Shown piece by piece: positions 53,686 to 62,805 of a DNA stretch of 64,000 nucleotides. The stretch lies in the sequence record NC_048053.1. One strand, 5' to 3'. Both the position numbers and the translations under genes were made by a program. How positions within the stretch are numbered: position 1 is the first letter of the stretch; each line of letters starts with the position of its first letter. Below the pieces are notes generated by a model, which was not told where the DNA came from, made no database searches, and saw nothing but the letters and a program-made list of their open reading frames with translations.

Positions 53686-55667
53686 GTACACTGACACTCG
53701 AACAGTTTGAACAGTTGCTTGCAACCAATGTTCTTACTGATCCGCCGATGTATGTGCGTAACACGTCTTTCCCAAAAGGGCAGGTTTCGTTTAACGTACT
53801 CGGAAGTGATTTTCGTATGCGTAACGTGATTATTCCGGTAAGCGGAAGTGCAATCGATCTTACGCAATACGCGCCGCTGCAAAACCTTCTGGCAAGTGCT
53901 GAACTGCGTGAAGTGTTCGCGTCGCGTCATTTAGTTCTGGTGAATCCGGATGATATGCCGGAACCAAACAATCAAAAATTCCCGGCGTATACCAATGTGA
54001 CAACTCCGGTTACGGAAGGCGATGCAAACATTGCTGGCCTTGCTCCGGCAGGCACTCAAGTGCAAGCCGTTCACTCTGGAAACATTGCCGCCGTGTTTGC
54101 GGAAAGCAATAACACCTTCGAACTGCCTGTGCCTAATATGGTTGCTGGCGATCAGATCGAAGTTTCTTTTATCAAAGATAAATTCGAAACGAAAAAAGTT
54201 TCTGTTGTCGTTGCTGAAAAACCTGCGCAGCCTTACCCGCAGCCTACTCTCAATGACTACACGAATTTCGATTCTGAAATTTCCGGAACCACTATTCAAG
54301 GCGCAACTGTTGTTTTGAAAAATGACGGTGCTGTTGTTGATAGCAAAACTGTTGGTTCCGATGGAACGTTTTCTCTGACCGTTCCTCAACCGCACGGTGT
54401 TTTGGAAGTGACGTTTAGTGCTGATGGTTACACTCCTACGACTGTAACTATTGCGCCGAAAGATCGCGAAGTAAACGTTACTCTGAATACTCCGAAATAT
54501 TTGGATGAAGAGATCACGCTGAACGTTAATCCTGCGCAGCCTGTTCCTGTCCACGTTGAAATTGAAATCGACGGACAGGCACTGATCACTGACACTATTC
54601 CGGAAAACGTTCAATCGTTTGATGTGATTTGTGGCCCGATTAAAGGTGATGTTAAAGTTACCGTTAAATCTACTGGCTACAAAGAAACTACTTTCACTCG
54701 CACGCCAACCAAAAATACTTTTGGTGATGTAACGGTGAATGCTGTTCACGCAGAAGAAACGGTTGTGGCTGGTAACGTTGTGATGCGCAGCGCTGACGAT
54801 GTTAAAGTTGAACTCGTTACGCTGGAGAAAACCTACAACGCTAACGTAAATGCTGATGGCACGTTTAGCGTGAACACTGATGCGTTGAATGCGGGTGATG
54901 CGTCTGTTCACTTTACCAGTAACTACTTCGATCCGAAAACTCAGGATTTCGATATTCTGGCGAAAGAAATTTCTACAGCAACTGTCGATGAAGTTTACGC
55001 TGGCGATACCGTTATTACTGGTACAACTCTCGCAGGCGTTAAAGTTGTTTCTGGTTCGCACCAAACAACTGCTGGCACTGATGGCAAATTCAGTCTTACT
55101 GTTGATGCTCTGGAAGCTGGCAATTCCACTTTGGAATTTAGCAAAACGAACTACACAACCAAAACTGTTCCGTTTACGATTATGCCTCTGCGTATGCAGG
55201 CTACTCCAACGGCGCAAACTGTTTACGTTGGTGAAACCGATATTCACGGTACTGCTGAACCGGGTGCGCAGATCTTTATCGACGGCAACAAAGTTGGCGA
55301 TGTTGAAACAGACGGAAACTTTATTCTGTCTGGCCCTGCGATGAGCGCGGCTGAAACTCTGACGTTTAAGAAACTGCATTACAGCGATGAAACTCTTGTA
55401 GTTACTCCGCAAGCACTTTCTAACTTCACGAAACCTGCGCTGACTGTTACCGAAGGTGACACAACAATTTCTGGAACAACCACGGCTGGAACTCTGGTTA
55501 CTTCCACAAGCGCAACTGCTTCTGTAACTGCTGATGGTTCTGGCGCGTTTACTCTGACGCTGAAATCTGCTGCTGTTGCGAATGCTACAATCGAAATTGG
55601 TCTGGCAAAACGCGGTTATGCTAATGCAAGTTTCGAATACACTGTTGCGGCAAATCCGGCTCCTTAA
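53682..55667 (+). CDS. Virion surface protein with tandem bacterial Ig-like domains
   Basis: Repeats ISGTTIQGATV, ITGTTLAGVKV, IHGTAEPGAQI, ISGTTTAGTLV; Thr/Val-rich; N-terminal 90 aa related to the next gene. Confidence 0.8.
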   Translation: MSTLTLEQFEQLLATNVLTDPPMYVRNTSFPKGQVSFNVLGSDFRMRNVIIPVSGSAIDLTQYAPLQNLLASAELREVFASRHLVLVNPDDMPEPNNQKFPAYTNVTTPVTEGDANIAGLAPAGTQVQAVHSGNIAAVFAESNNTFELPVPNMVAGDQIEVSFIKDKFETKKVSVVVAEKPAQPYPQPTLNDYTNFDSEISGTTIQGATVVLKNDGAVVDSKTVGSDGTFSLTVPQPHGVLEVTFSADGYTPTTVTIAPKDREVNVTLNTPKYLDEEITLNVNPAQPVPVHVEIEIDGQALITDTIPENVQSFDVICGPIKGDVKVTVKSTGYKETTFTRTPTKNTFGDVTVNAVHAEETVVAGNVVMRSADDVKVELVTLEKTYNANVNADGTFSVNTDALNAGDASVHFTSNYFDPKTQDFDILAKEISTATVDEVYAGDTVITGTTLAGVKVVSGSHQTTAGTDGKFSLTVDALEAGNSTLEFSKTNYTTKTVPFTIMPLRMQATPTAQTVYVGETDIHGTAEPGAQIFIDGNKVGDVETDGNFILSGPAMSAAETLTFKKLHYSDETLVVTPQALSNFTKPALTVTEGDTTISGTTTAGTLVTSTSATASVTADGSGAFTLTLKSAAVANATIEIGLAKRGYANASFEYTVAANPAP

Positions 55668-55788
55668 TCCGATCTAATATTTTTTTCAGATCACGTTCTG
55701 AATATACTAATGTTAGCTTGTGTTTAAAACCCTCGGCACACGGACGTGCGCCACTGAAAAATCCTTTGCCTATATTGGAGTAACCCAA

Positions 55789-56469
55789 ATGAAAATCCGT
55801 CCCATCACTTTGACGCAGTTTAATCAGGAATACGGAAAAGATCCCGTTGCTTCCCTGTATGTGTTGAACCGTTCTAATCCTAATGGTCAGATCGCTTTCA
55901 ACTGCATAAACGAACTCAACGTCACTATCCCGGTACTGGTCCCCTCGACATTTATTCCTGTGGATCTTACTACGATGGCACCGCTGGAAAACCTGCTGAA
56001 AAGTTCGGTCTTCCGTCAGATCCTCGCAAAAGGCCAACTGGTTATTGTTCGCAAAGAAGAAGCGGAAAAATATCTGGAATCGCCGCGTGCGAAATCTGAA
56101 TACCAACGTATCAACAAAATCGTTGGCACTGTTGTTGAAAACGAACGCTCCGAAGAGATCGAACTGGATACAGGTAACGGCGGCGTGGAAACTCGTTCTA
56201 CTAAGAACAAGAAAAAAGCTCCGGGTACTTCACTGTCTTCCGCGCATGACGATTTCGTTAGCGCAATGATTGATCGTGCTAACGACAACGAAGAGACTGA
56301 TGATGTTTTGCAGCGTGAATTCCTGACGCACCAAAATAATCTGTCTCTGGCGGATCTGGAACGTATGCGCAAAGAAGTTAAGCGTGCGGCTCTGATTGAT
56401 CTGATTCTCGATGAACTCGAAGAACGTCGTGGGGAAGAAGAGGAAGATGAAGAGGAAGAAGACGAATAA
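55789..56469 (+). CDS. Protein sharing its N-terminal domain with the Ig protein; acidic tail
   Basis: MKIRPITLTQF...YVLNRSNPNGQIAFN...VDLTTMAPLENLLKS; GGAG RBS. Confidence 0.8.
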   Translation: MKIRPITLTQFNQEYGKDPVASLYVLNRSNPNGQIAFNCINELNVTIPVLVPSTFIPVDLTTMAPLENLLKSSVFRQILAKGQLVIVRKEEAEKYLESPRAKSEYQRINKIVGTVVENERSEEIELDTGNGGVETRSTKNKKKAPGTSLSSAHDDFVSAMIDRANDNEETDDVLQREFLTHQNNLSLADLERMRKEVKRAALIDLILDELEERRGEEEEDEEEEDE

Positions 56470-56484
56470 TCTTCCGAAATGATA

Positions 56485-56511
56485 AAGGGGGCTTTCGCCC
56501 CCTTATTTTTT
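56485..56511. terminator. Bidirectional terminator between convergent genes
   Basis: AAGGGGGC-TTTC-GCCCCCTT flanked by A/T runs. Confidence 0.85.
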
Positions 56512-57567
56512 GCCTTTAACTTTTTTCGGTTTTGCTATCTCTCGTTTCCATCCCAACTTCTTAGCTGGAATAAAACATTTATCTCCGTGAGTTTCTTTCA
56601 AAAATCCCTTCACTTCTTTGATTATCTTTAACGGTGCGTTATCCGGATCAAGTTTAATCAACTTCCCTTTCTCATCTTTCTCACGCGGCAATTTAAAATG
56701 CTTGATGCGAATTAAAGATGACTTTCCAAACTCCGCCGCAATTTTTTCTCGCAACAACTTCCCGCCGCCGTCATTGTCCGTCATTGTGTATACGGTACTG
56801 ACTCCCATCATTTCAACGATGCGACGTTTCTCTTTCCCAAATTGTTCTGCACCTAAAACCGCTAACGCAGGAATTCCGTAACTCAGTAGCGCAAGTGCGT
56901 CGCGTGGCCCTTCCACCAATACAACATATTTCAATTTATATTTCTTCAACATGTCCCGCACAAGTTGAATCGGAAATAAACCTTTTGCCTTAGCCCAATC
57001 GCCTTGTGAGTTGACGTAACTTGTTCCGTTGATCTGTTTCGTTAGATATGCAGCAACACCGCCAATATATTTTGTTCCAACTTTACACGGAAAGAAACAA
57101 ACGTTTGTTCCTGTTCGCTGTGCATTCAACAATCCTCCTGCTGCACGCACAAGCGATCCCGGATATGTGCGCCACTCAACATCTTCGGGCCACTCCATAT
57201 AACTATCTCGGCGCAATGCTTTCATTAACATAGCAACCGTTGAATACGTTCCAACTTTATTTGCCATTTTATCGTAAGTCTGACGTAACGCACTTAGAGA
57301 ATTTTCTCCCGCGTCTTTCATACGCCATTCTTTTATTTCCTGTAATCCTGCTTTTCTCGCAAGATCATTCCACGATCCTTTTTCGCCGCATCCGAAACAA
57401 TGGAAATATCCCAAAGGAATCTCCATGCCAACCGAAGTATAAATTCCGCAGCTTGGGGATTTATCATCGTGAAATGGGCAGCATACAATGATAGATTCTG
57501 CCGCAAACTTTTTATCGCCGGGAAGTTTTGCGATTTCTTCCATTACTGTTTGGTGTACGTCTGACAT
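56503..57567 (-). CDS. DnaG-type DNA primase (CHC2 Zn finger + TOPRIM)
   Basis: CCPFHDDKSPSC...FHCFGC; VVLVEGPRDA; TDNDGGG. Confidence 0.92.
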   Translation of the reverse strand: MSDVHQTVMEEIAKLPGDKKFAAESIIVCCPFHDDKSPSCGIYTSVGMEIPLGYFHCFGCGEKGSWNDLARKAGLQEIKEWRMKDAGENSLSALRQTYDKMANKVGTYSTVAMLMKALRRDSYMEWPEDVEWRTYPGSLVRAAGGLLNAQRTGTNVCFFPCKVGTKYIGGVAAYLTKQINGTSYVNSQGDWAKAKGLFPIQLVRDMLKKYKLKYVVLVEGPRDALALLSYGIPALAVLGAEQFGKEKRRIVEMMGVSTVYTMTDNDGGGKLLREKIAAEFGKSSLIRIKHFKLPREKDEKGKLIKLDPDNAPLKIIKEVKGFLKETHGDKCFIPAKKLGWKREIAKPKKVKGKK

Positions 57568-57615
57568 ACAATAACCCTTGTTTGAAATACTAATTTTCAC
57601 TATCGAATAACCTGA

Positions 57616-57626
57616 ATTTACAGATT
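57616..57626 (-). promoter_or_regulatory. AATCTGTAAAT motif
   Basis: About 50 nt upstream of primase ATG 57567. Confidence 0.6.
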
Positions 57627-57632
57627 ACGCTT

Positions 57633-57968
57633 ATGAACACAACGAACTATGCTTCTAATATTGTGCATCGAATTTATCCGGCTTTTTGGGTTCGATTCTG
57701 TAAATTGCTGGATATAGACGTGCGCGATTATGCTGTCTTCAAAGACGGATTATTTATCGGCCTGTCCATCCCAATTCCGGAAGAGAAAACAAAAGAATTC
57801 CATGAGGAATTTGAGAAGAAGTTTTTCAATCTGGAACGCATTAGTATTGAAACAGAACCAGTGCGGCACTATGTTGTTAAACAAGGATCATTCTTTTTCG
57901 ATGTATATTTCTTCGAGAAGAACATTTCAATTGAGGTGAACAGTGCGACAAATCCGAAACTTGTATGA
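57633..57968 (+). CDS. Hypothetical protein (111 aa)
   Basis: ORF divergent from the primase. Confidence 0.7.
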   Translation: MNTTNYASNIVHRIYPAFWVRFCKLLDIDVRDYAVFKDGLFIGLSIPIPEEKTKEFHEEFEKKFFNLERISIETEPVRHYVVKQGSFFFDVYFFEKNISIEVNSATNPKLV

Positions 57969-58005
57969 CTCTCGCCAGCTTTCGCGTGTCGGGCGATTAA
58001 TTGAT

Positions 58006-59022
58006 ATGGCGCTTGATGTTACTGTTCCGGAAAAACGTTACCCGAAGAAACGCGTTAGTCCTAGTATGTTTCCAATTTGCAGTATTCAGGAATATGCTGC
58101 ACGACTCTACGAAAAACATAACAAACATCTTTCGGGTGAGTCTGGAACCATGCTAAACATTTTTGCCAAAGCGGGAACGGGAATGCACGAAAGCATTCAA
58201 AACGCTTTAGGCAATACCGGGCAAATGGTTGGTCATTGGAAATGCAGTAATCCTGATTGCCCGGAACACGCAAAAACAAAAAGCGTGTATGAAAATGGCA
58301 AGCGTATTAAAAAAGGAAAACATACGCGCACACACTCTTGCGACAATATTTGTCCGAAGTGCAAAAAACCAATGGCGTATAGTGAACTAAAAGTTCTCTA
58401 CAAAAGTTTGAAAGGATATGTAGATGGACTGATCGACAACCTTGATGGAACTTACAGTCTTATTGACTTGAAAAGTACCACTGTCACGAAAGCGGCAGAC
58501 GGAACTTTCTTTGTTAAATATCATCGTTATCAGATCGCAACTTACGCATACATTCTCAAAAAACGCTACGGCTACAACATCGTTGATTATACGCTTGTGT
58601 ACGTTCCTCGCGACAACCCGAAAAAATTCGTTGAGAAAAGTTTTAAATTCGACGAAGCAGAATCTAAAATCGCATATAAATTTATGATGAAACAGATTCG
58701 CGCTTGGGATGCCGTGATGAAATCCGTTCGTAAAAAAGATCCTTCATACGCAATCGAAAAGAAACCGTGCAAATCTCCTGAATACTATTGGGATGAGTTT
58801 CATAAATACGACACTTGCCCTTTTGTAGATCACTGTTTCATTACTTCTCGTATGGTTGCGTTTTTGGAGGAAATGGAAAAACGAATTATGGCAAATCCTT
58901 CTCTGTCTTTCGCCGAAGTGGTGAAAACAAATCCATCTGCTGTTAAGAAAATGGAAGGTGGCCTTTTGCCTAAAAAGCAAAAGAAAACAGAGAAGCGCAT
59001 CGTAAAACAATTTGAACTTTGA
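58006..59022 (+). CDS. Cas4-like/RecB-family PD-(D/E)XK exonuclease
   Basis: SPSMFPIC, GTGMHE, GYVDGL, LIDLKS, QIATY, C-terminal C.....W......CPF...C; Zn-finger-like insert WKC..PDC...CDNICPKC. Start uncertain. Confidence 0.85.
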   Translation: MALDVTVPEKRYPKKRVSPSMFPICSIQEYAARLYEKHNKHLSGESGTMLNIFAKAGTGMHESIQNALGNTGQMVGHWKCSNPDCPEHAKTKSVYENGKRIKKGKHTRTHSCDNICPKCKKPMAYSELKVLYKSLKGYVDGLIDNLDGTYSLIDLKSTTVTKAADGTFFVKYHRYQIATYAYILKKRYGYNIVDYTLVYVPRDNPKKFVEKSFKFDEAESKIAYKFMMKQIRAWDAVMKSVRKKDPSYAIEKKPCKSPEYYWDEFHKYDTCPFVDHCFITSRMVAFLEEMEKRIMANPSLSFAEVVKTNPSAVKKMEGGLLPKKQKKTEKRIVKQFEL

Positions 59023-59029
59023 GGTAACT

Positions 59030-59431
59030 ATGCACGTACTTATTTCGTTGAGTGCTAACACTCAAGACAAAGGGCGCACTGCTCTGGACTCTCCTGAATC
59101 CACCACAACCCACGCGGATCTTTCTGAATATTCTTCTCTGGAAAAACGTTTACGCCAGCACGAAGAAGAAAAACAGAAAACCAAAGTTGCAGAAAAAGCC
59201 GCACCTAAGAAAACTGTAAAAAGTAAGAAAGGTGACGGCGAAGAATCTAAAGAAGATGATTCTGAGGGCTTCGGCGATGATACAAATGATTTTGGATCTG
59301 ACGATGGAGACGAAAGCGATGATTCAGGTGGAGGCAAAGGAAAGTCGAAAGATTCAGAAGATGAGGAATCCGGAGATTCGGATGACGAGTCTGGAGATTC
59401 TGACGAAGACTTTGCAGACGACGAAGAGTGA
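59030..59431 (+). CDS. Acidic protein with MHVLISLSA leader
   Basis: GAGG RBS; Asp/Glu/Ser/Gly-rich C-terminus. Confidence 0.8.
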   Translation: MHVLISLSANTQDKGRTALDSPESTTTHADLSEYSSLEKRLRQHEEEKQKTKVAEKAAPKKTVKSKKGDGEESKEDDSEGFGDDTNDFGSDDGDESDDSGGGKGKSKDSEDEESGDSDDESGDSDEDFADDEE

Positions 59432-59453
59432 TCTCAATCCCTTTCATTTAGGA

Positions 59454-59969
59454 ATGGGCGATTACGAAAGTTTAAAATCGTGTTTGGTTGCGATTGATAC
59501 AATCATGAAAAGCTCGCAGGTTTATCCTCGTATTGATTACGGCATGGTACGCAAGAATAACTTTCTTGTTATCAATCGTATTTGGATTCAGGGTAAGCCT
59601 GATGCGCAACATCGCTTGCGTGCGGAAACAGGCGCAGAAATAAATCTCGCTTGGTTACTTCGCGCAGTTGAGGCAGTAGCAATTGAACATGATCTCATTC
59701 CTATTATTGTGGATAGCGGAAACAACTCTGAGTTAATTTCACGCGCCACGAAACGAAACTTAATGCAGGGTACTGGAATATTTGATTACGTTCGTGTACG
59801 GCACCCTGATTCTTTTGATGCGCTGAAATTTCTTTCCGATAAACCTCGAATGAAAATCATTGCGCCGAAGGAGATTATCTTCGAATGGCTAAATATAAAT
59901 CATCAATTGCAAAGGCAGCCAAAAAGAGTCCTGCTGCTAAACAGGCCGAACAGCGTCAGAAAGCATTGA
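59454..59969 (+). CDS. Hypothetical protein (MGDYESLK...)
   Basis: AGGA RBS before ATG 59454; the longer ORF start overlaps the previous gene. Confidence 0.7.
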   Translation: MGDYESLKSCLVAIDTIMKSSQVYPRIDYGMVRKNNFLVINRIWIQGKPDAQHRLRAETGAEINLAWLLRAVEAVAIEHDLIPIIVDSGNNSELISRATKRNLMQGTGIFDYVRVRHPDSFDALKFLSDKPRMKIIAPKEIIFEWLNINHQLQRQPKRVLLLNRPNSVRKH

Positions 59970-60547
59970 AGCAAATTCGCAACGGCAACTACAGCAAAGG
60001 AGTTAAAACTCTTAGCGCTGCAAAAGATAAATCTCGCCGTATGACGAGTGGAGAAAAACGAATTGCCACTGCAACTCCGTTTACTCCGAAAATTGTTCCG
60101 CAACCTCCGCGCACCGCAAAGATGGACAAAGGTGTAAATCTAACAACGTTACTTCGAAACACTCCGCGTTTAATGCGCGAGAACGCCGAAGAATGTTTGG
60201 TTCGCGGCTATAAGAAAACTAAAACCGGGAAAGCACTTCCTGTTGTAATGGCTAAAGTGCGTCACAAAGATCCTTTGCGTCCTTCGAAAGAAGTTCGCGA
60301 TTACGAAGTTATGTTTGTGGGTCTGGATGATCCTAATAAACCGATTTCAAAACAAAAGCGCGTCATGGTTAGCTGTCCTTGTGCGAACTACGTTTTCATG
60401 TGGGAGTATGCTAACGCTGAACACGGCGCTGGTCGAATTATTTACGGTAACGGCGAACCACCTGACTACACAAACCCGGCACACATTCCGGCTCTGTGTA
60501 AGCACGCTGCGGCGCTGGCTACGCGTATCAAAAACAACGGTGATTAA
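59885..60547 (+). CDS. SWIM zinc-finger protein with basic N-terminus
   Basis: VSCPC..Y...W...........NP......LCKH. Confidence 0.75.
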   Translation: MAKYKSSIAKAAKKSPAAKQAEQRQKALKQIRNGNYSKGVKTLSAAKDKSRRMTSGEKRIATATPFTPKIVPQPPRTAKMDKGVNLTTLLRNTPRLMRENAEECLVRGYKKTKTGKALPVVMAKVRHKDPLRPSKEVRDYEVMFVGLDDPNKPISKQKRVMVSCPCANYVFMWEYANAEHGAGRIIYGNGEPPDYTNPAHIPALCKHAAALATRIKNNGD

Positions 60548-60549
60548 AA

Positions 60550-60714
60550 ATGCGTTTTGCTGTCTCTCCAGCATTTGATTTGAACAGGGAAGAAGAGAAG
60601 CAACTTAAAGAAGTTGTGAGTGAAGTTTTTCTCAATAAACCGCGTGGGCGCAGTCGTGGTCAAACACGCAGTCGCGCAACCAAACGGCAAAAGGCAATTA
60701 CCACTTTGTTTTAA
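60550..60714 (+). CDS. Small basic protein (54 aa; absent from the ORF track)
   Basis: MRFAVSPAFDLNREEEKQLKEVVSEVFLNKPRGRSRGQTRSRATKRQKAITTLF*; TAATG overlap with the next gene. Confidence 0.6.
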   Translation: MRFAVSPAFDLNREEEKQLKEVVSEVFLNKPRGRSRGQTRSRATKRQKAITTLF

Positions 60715-60998
60715 TGGGTGAAGCTATGTCCGAAACTCAATTGCATTCCGCTGCTAAACTTCTCGAAATTTGGCAATTTCTGGAACATAAAAATAAATGT
60801 TTTCATTCTGATATTCGCGTTGATGCAGAGGCCGTCGAATTGTTGACTCCGTTCTGCGATAAAATCGGCCAATACAAAGGAATGTATATTTCTGGTTTCA
60901 ATCTCAACGTAACATCTTCTGAGAAGGCTGATGTTACCTTCACTATTAGCTCAATGTCGCGTACTCTAACTCATACGCTAAGGGAAAGTTTATCATGA
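60714..60998 (+). CDS. Hypothetical protein
   Basis: ORF in operon. Confidence 0.7.
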   Translation: MGEAMSETQLHSAAKLLEIWQFLEHKNKCFHSDIRVDAEAVELLTPFCDKIGQYKGMYISGFNLNVTSSEKADVTFTISSMSRTLTHTLRESLS

Positions 60999-61318
60999 AT
61001 TGTTCTCACATTCCGATTCCTCTTTCTGTTTCTCCGTTGGATTCTTTTATGCGTAAGTGCATTATCGACCGCATCACTGAACATCTTGAGGAACTTAAAG
61101 ATCAATCAGTCAATGTTTGGGACGACGTTGCTTCCACTTCTATTCCTATTAAATTCGCTGAGAATGTTTTGATTGATGACGATTTTATTTCCATGATTCC
61201 GTCTGCTGCAATCAAACAACTGACAGCCGAACAGATCGAAAACATTCGCGGTCGCATCGCGAAACGAATTACTGTTTCTCAAAAAGGAAAAGAATTCGAG
61301 ATCTCTATGGAGTTCTAA
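60995..61318 (+). CDS. Hypothetical protein
   Basis: ATGA overlap. Confidence 0.7.
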   Translation: MNCSHIPIPLSVSPLDSFMRKCIIDRITEHLEELKDQSVNVWDDVASTSIPIKFAENVLIDDDFISMIPSAAIKQLTAEQIENIRGRIAKRITVSQKGKEFEISMEF

Positions 61319-61319
61319 A

Positions 61320-61538
61320 ATGGCATGTGCAACGTGCGGGAATCGGCGACGCAGATTGACGATGGGTAAAACAGTCGCATTGCCCGATCCGACTCCTATT
61401 TCAAATACAATGAGCGCTGCCCGACTTACCCCTCATGGTTGGGTTCGCACTTGTACCAAATGCGGAAAAGTTTCTGAACCTTCCGCTTTCGCTGACACTG
61501 TTGTTCAACCGTGTGAATGCGAAAATAATCCGGAATAA
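61320..61538 (+). CDS. Small Cys-rich Zn-ribbon protein
   Basis: MACATCG...CTKCG...PCEC. Confidence 0.7.
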   Translation: MACATCGNRRRRLTMGKTVALPDPTPISNTMSAARLTPHGWVRTCTKCGKVSEPSAFADTVVQPCECENNPE

Positions 61539-61540
61539 AT

Positions 61541-62059
61541 ATGGACACTAATAAACTACACTCACTCGGCATGTATGACTTTGTGGAAAAGTACGCAAGT
61601 AAGCACGGTCGATGGTGGAACTTTGATGAGCGTTCCTCAATTGTGGTGCCATTTGAATTGATGGATGATCAAAAAGTTATCCATTATAAGTGGATGCAAA
61701 ATGTTCCTGAAATTTTCATTAAGCCTGTTGTGGATGTTATTTTTACTTCATTACCAGAACAGAATGCTGAAAATTTTGGAAAAGAAGCCTCTGCTCTTTT
61801 CGAATGGCTCCGCCTCAATATCAAAGATCATGGTTTTCATTTCCGCTCGTTTGTCTTCAATAAAAATGACAAACGTGTTGGCGTTGTTTATCGTATCTTT
61901 GCTAATGAGGATTTTCCTTGTTACATCCATCCCGAATACATCACGCACGCAGAAGGCCGCGCACCGTGTCCGGCTTGTTATACTGCGGTGACTTTCGGAG
62001 AATTTCATCCTCTGGAAATCAAACCTGTTGATTCCCGTCTTATGGAGAAAACAAAGTGA
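61541..62059 (+). CDS. Hypothetical protein
   Basis: 172 aa; CPAC near the C-terminus. Confidence 0.75.
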   Translation: MDTNKLHSLGMYDFVEKYASKHGRWWNFDERSSIVVPFELMDDQKVIHYKWMQNVPEIFIKPVVDVIFTSLPEQNAENFGKEASALFEWLRLNIKDHGFHFRSFVFNKNDKRVGVVYRIFANEDFPCYIHPEYITHAEGRAPCPACYTAVTFGEFHPLEIKPVDSRLMEKTK

Positions 62060-62505
62060 CTCCCGGCTACTGGAAAGTTGTTCCTAACGAACGTTCCACA
62101 ACAATCATTCAGGCAATTTGCAGTGCAATTGTTTCTCCGGAAGATCTGGATGACCTGCACGTAACTCTGGCCTACGATAAAAACAATCCGGATAACGATA
62201 TTCCGTTAAGCAACGCTGATTTCAAAGCAACGATTTCTGGTGTTGAACTGTTTGGCGCGAACAGTGATATTCTGGTTCTTACTTTGGACTCGGAAGATCT
62301 GCAACGCGAACACGCACGCATTCACGAAAATCCTAACGTGAATTTCGATTTCATTCCGTATCGACCGCATATTACTATTGCGAAAAATGCTACGGAAGCA
62401 GAACTTGAATGCCTGCACAATATCATTATGTCTCCGAACATTCCTGTGCTATCGATTGTTCTCGGTGACGAATCGCGAGAAGATATTGATGAAAGTAGAG
62501 ATTGA
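62056..62505 (+). CDS. acb1: 2H phosphoesterase, Acb1 (T4 gp57B)-like
   Basis: Two HxT motifs (LHVTLAY, YRPHITIA); ILVLTLDSEDLQREH...FDF..Y.PHIT matches the Acb1 pattern as I recall it. Confidence 0.8.
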   Translation: MTPGYWKVVPNERSTTIIQAICSAIVSPEDLDDLHVTLAYDKNNPDNDIPLSNADFKATISGVELFGANSDILVLTLDSEDLQREHARIHENPNVNFDFIPYRPHITIAKNATEAELECLHNIIMSPNIPVLSIVLGDESREDIDESRD

Positions 62506-62770
62506 TCTCGACAAAGAAGACCAGTTAACTCCAAATGCGCAGCGTGCCGAAGATCGTGCGAAAGTACGCCGTCGCATCAAAGAGTATGGTGACACTCCTG
62601 ATGATGAAATAGATCAGAAGGAGAAAGAGAAGGAAGATCAGGCGGAAGAAAAACGCAAAACTGATAATCCTCCGCCTCCTGAAAATCTCGGTAAATTCAA
62701 ACCGGAAACTTACGAAAGTCTGGATCAACAACTTTCCCATATGGACAGACAAACTTCAAAAAATCTGTAA
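62489..62770 (+). CDS. Charged small protein (MKVEIDLD...)
   Basis: ATG 62489; leader resembles MIVEIDLS. Confidence 0.65.
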   Translation: MKVEIDLDKEDQLTPNAQRAEDRAKVRRRIKEYGDTPDDEIDQKEKEKEDQAEEKRKTDNPPPPENLGKFKPETYESLDQQLSHMDRQTSKNL

Positions 62771-62774
62771 ATAG
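62762..62774 (+). promoter_or_regulatory. AATCTGTAAATA motif upstream of the sigma gene
   Basis: About 32 nt upstream of ATG 62806. Confidence 0.6.
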
Positions 62775-62805
62775 TGGGTAGGTTCATTTTTCTTTGGGTG
62801 CGATA

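Noticed and set aside
53931-55412. 493-aa antisense ORF
   Set aside because: Shadow of the Ig-repeat gene produced by its codon bias; the translation shows no protein motifs.
57568-57600. MKISISN at the ORF-track primase start as another ISLS leader
   Set aside because: Depends on a GTG start overlapping the promoter region; ATG 57567 has the better RBS.
58006-59022. CRISPR-Cas system suggested by the Cas4-like gene
   Set aside because: No repeat-spacer array or other cas genes seen; solo Cas4-like nucleases are common in phages.
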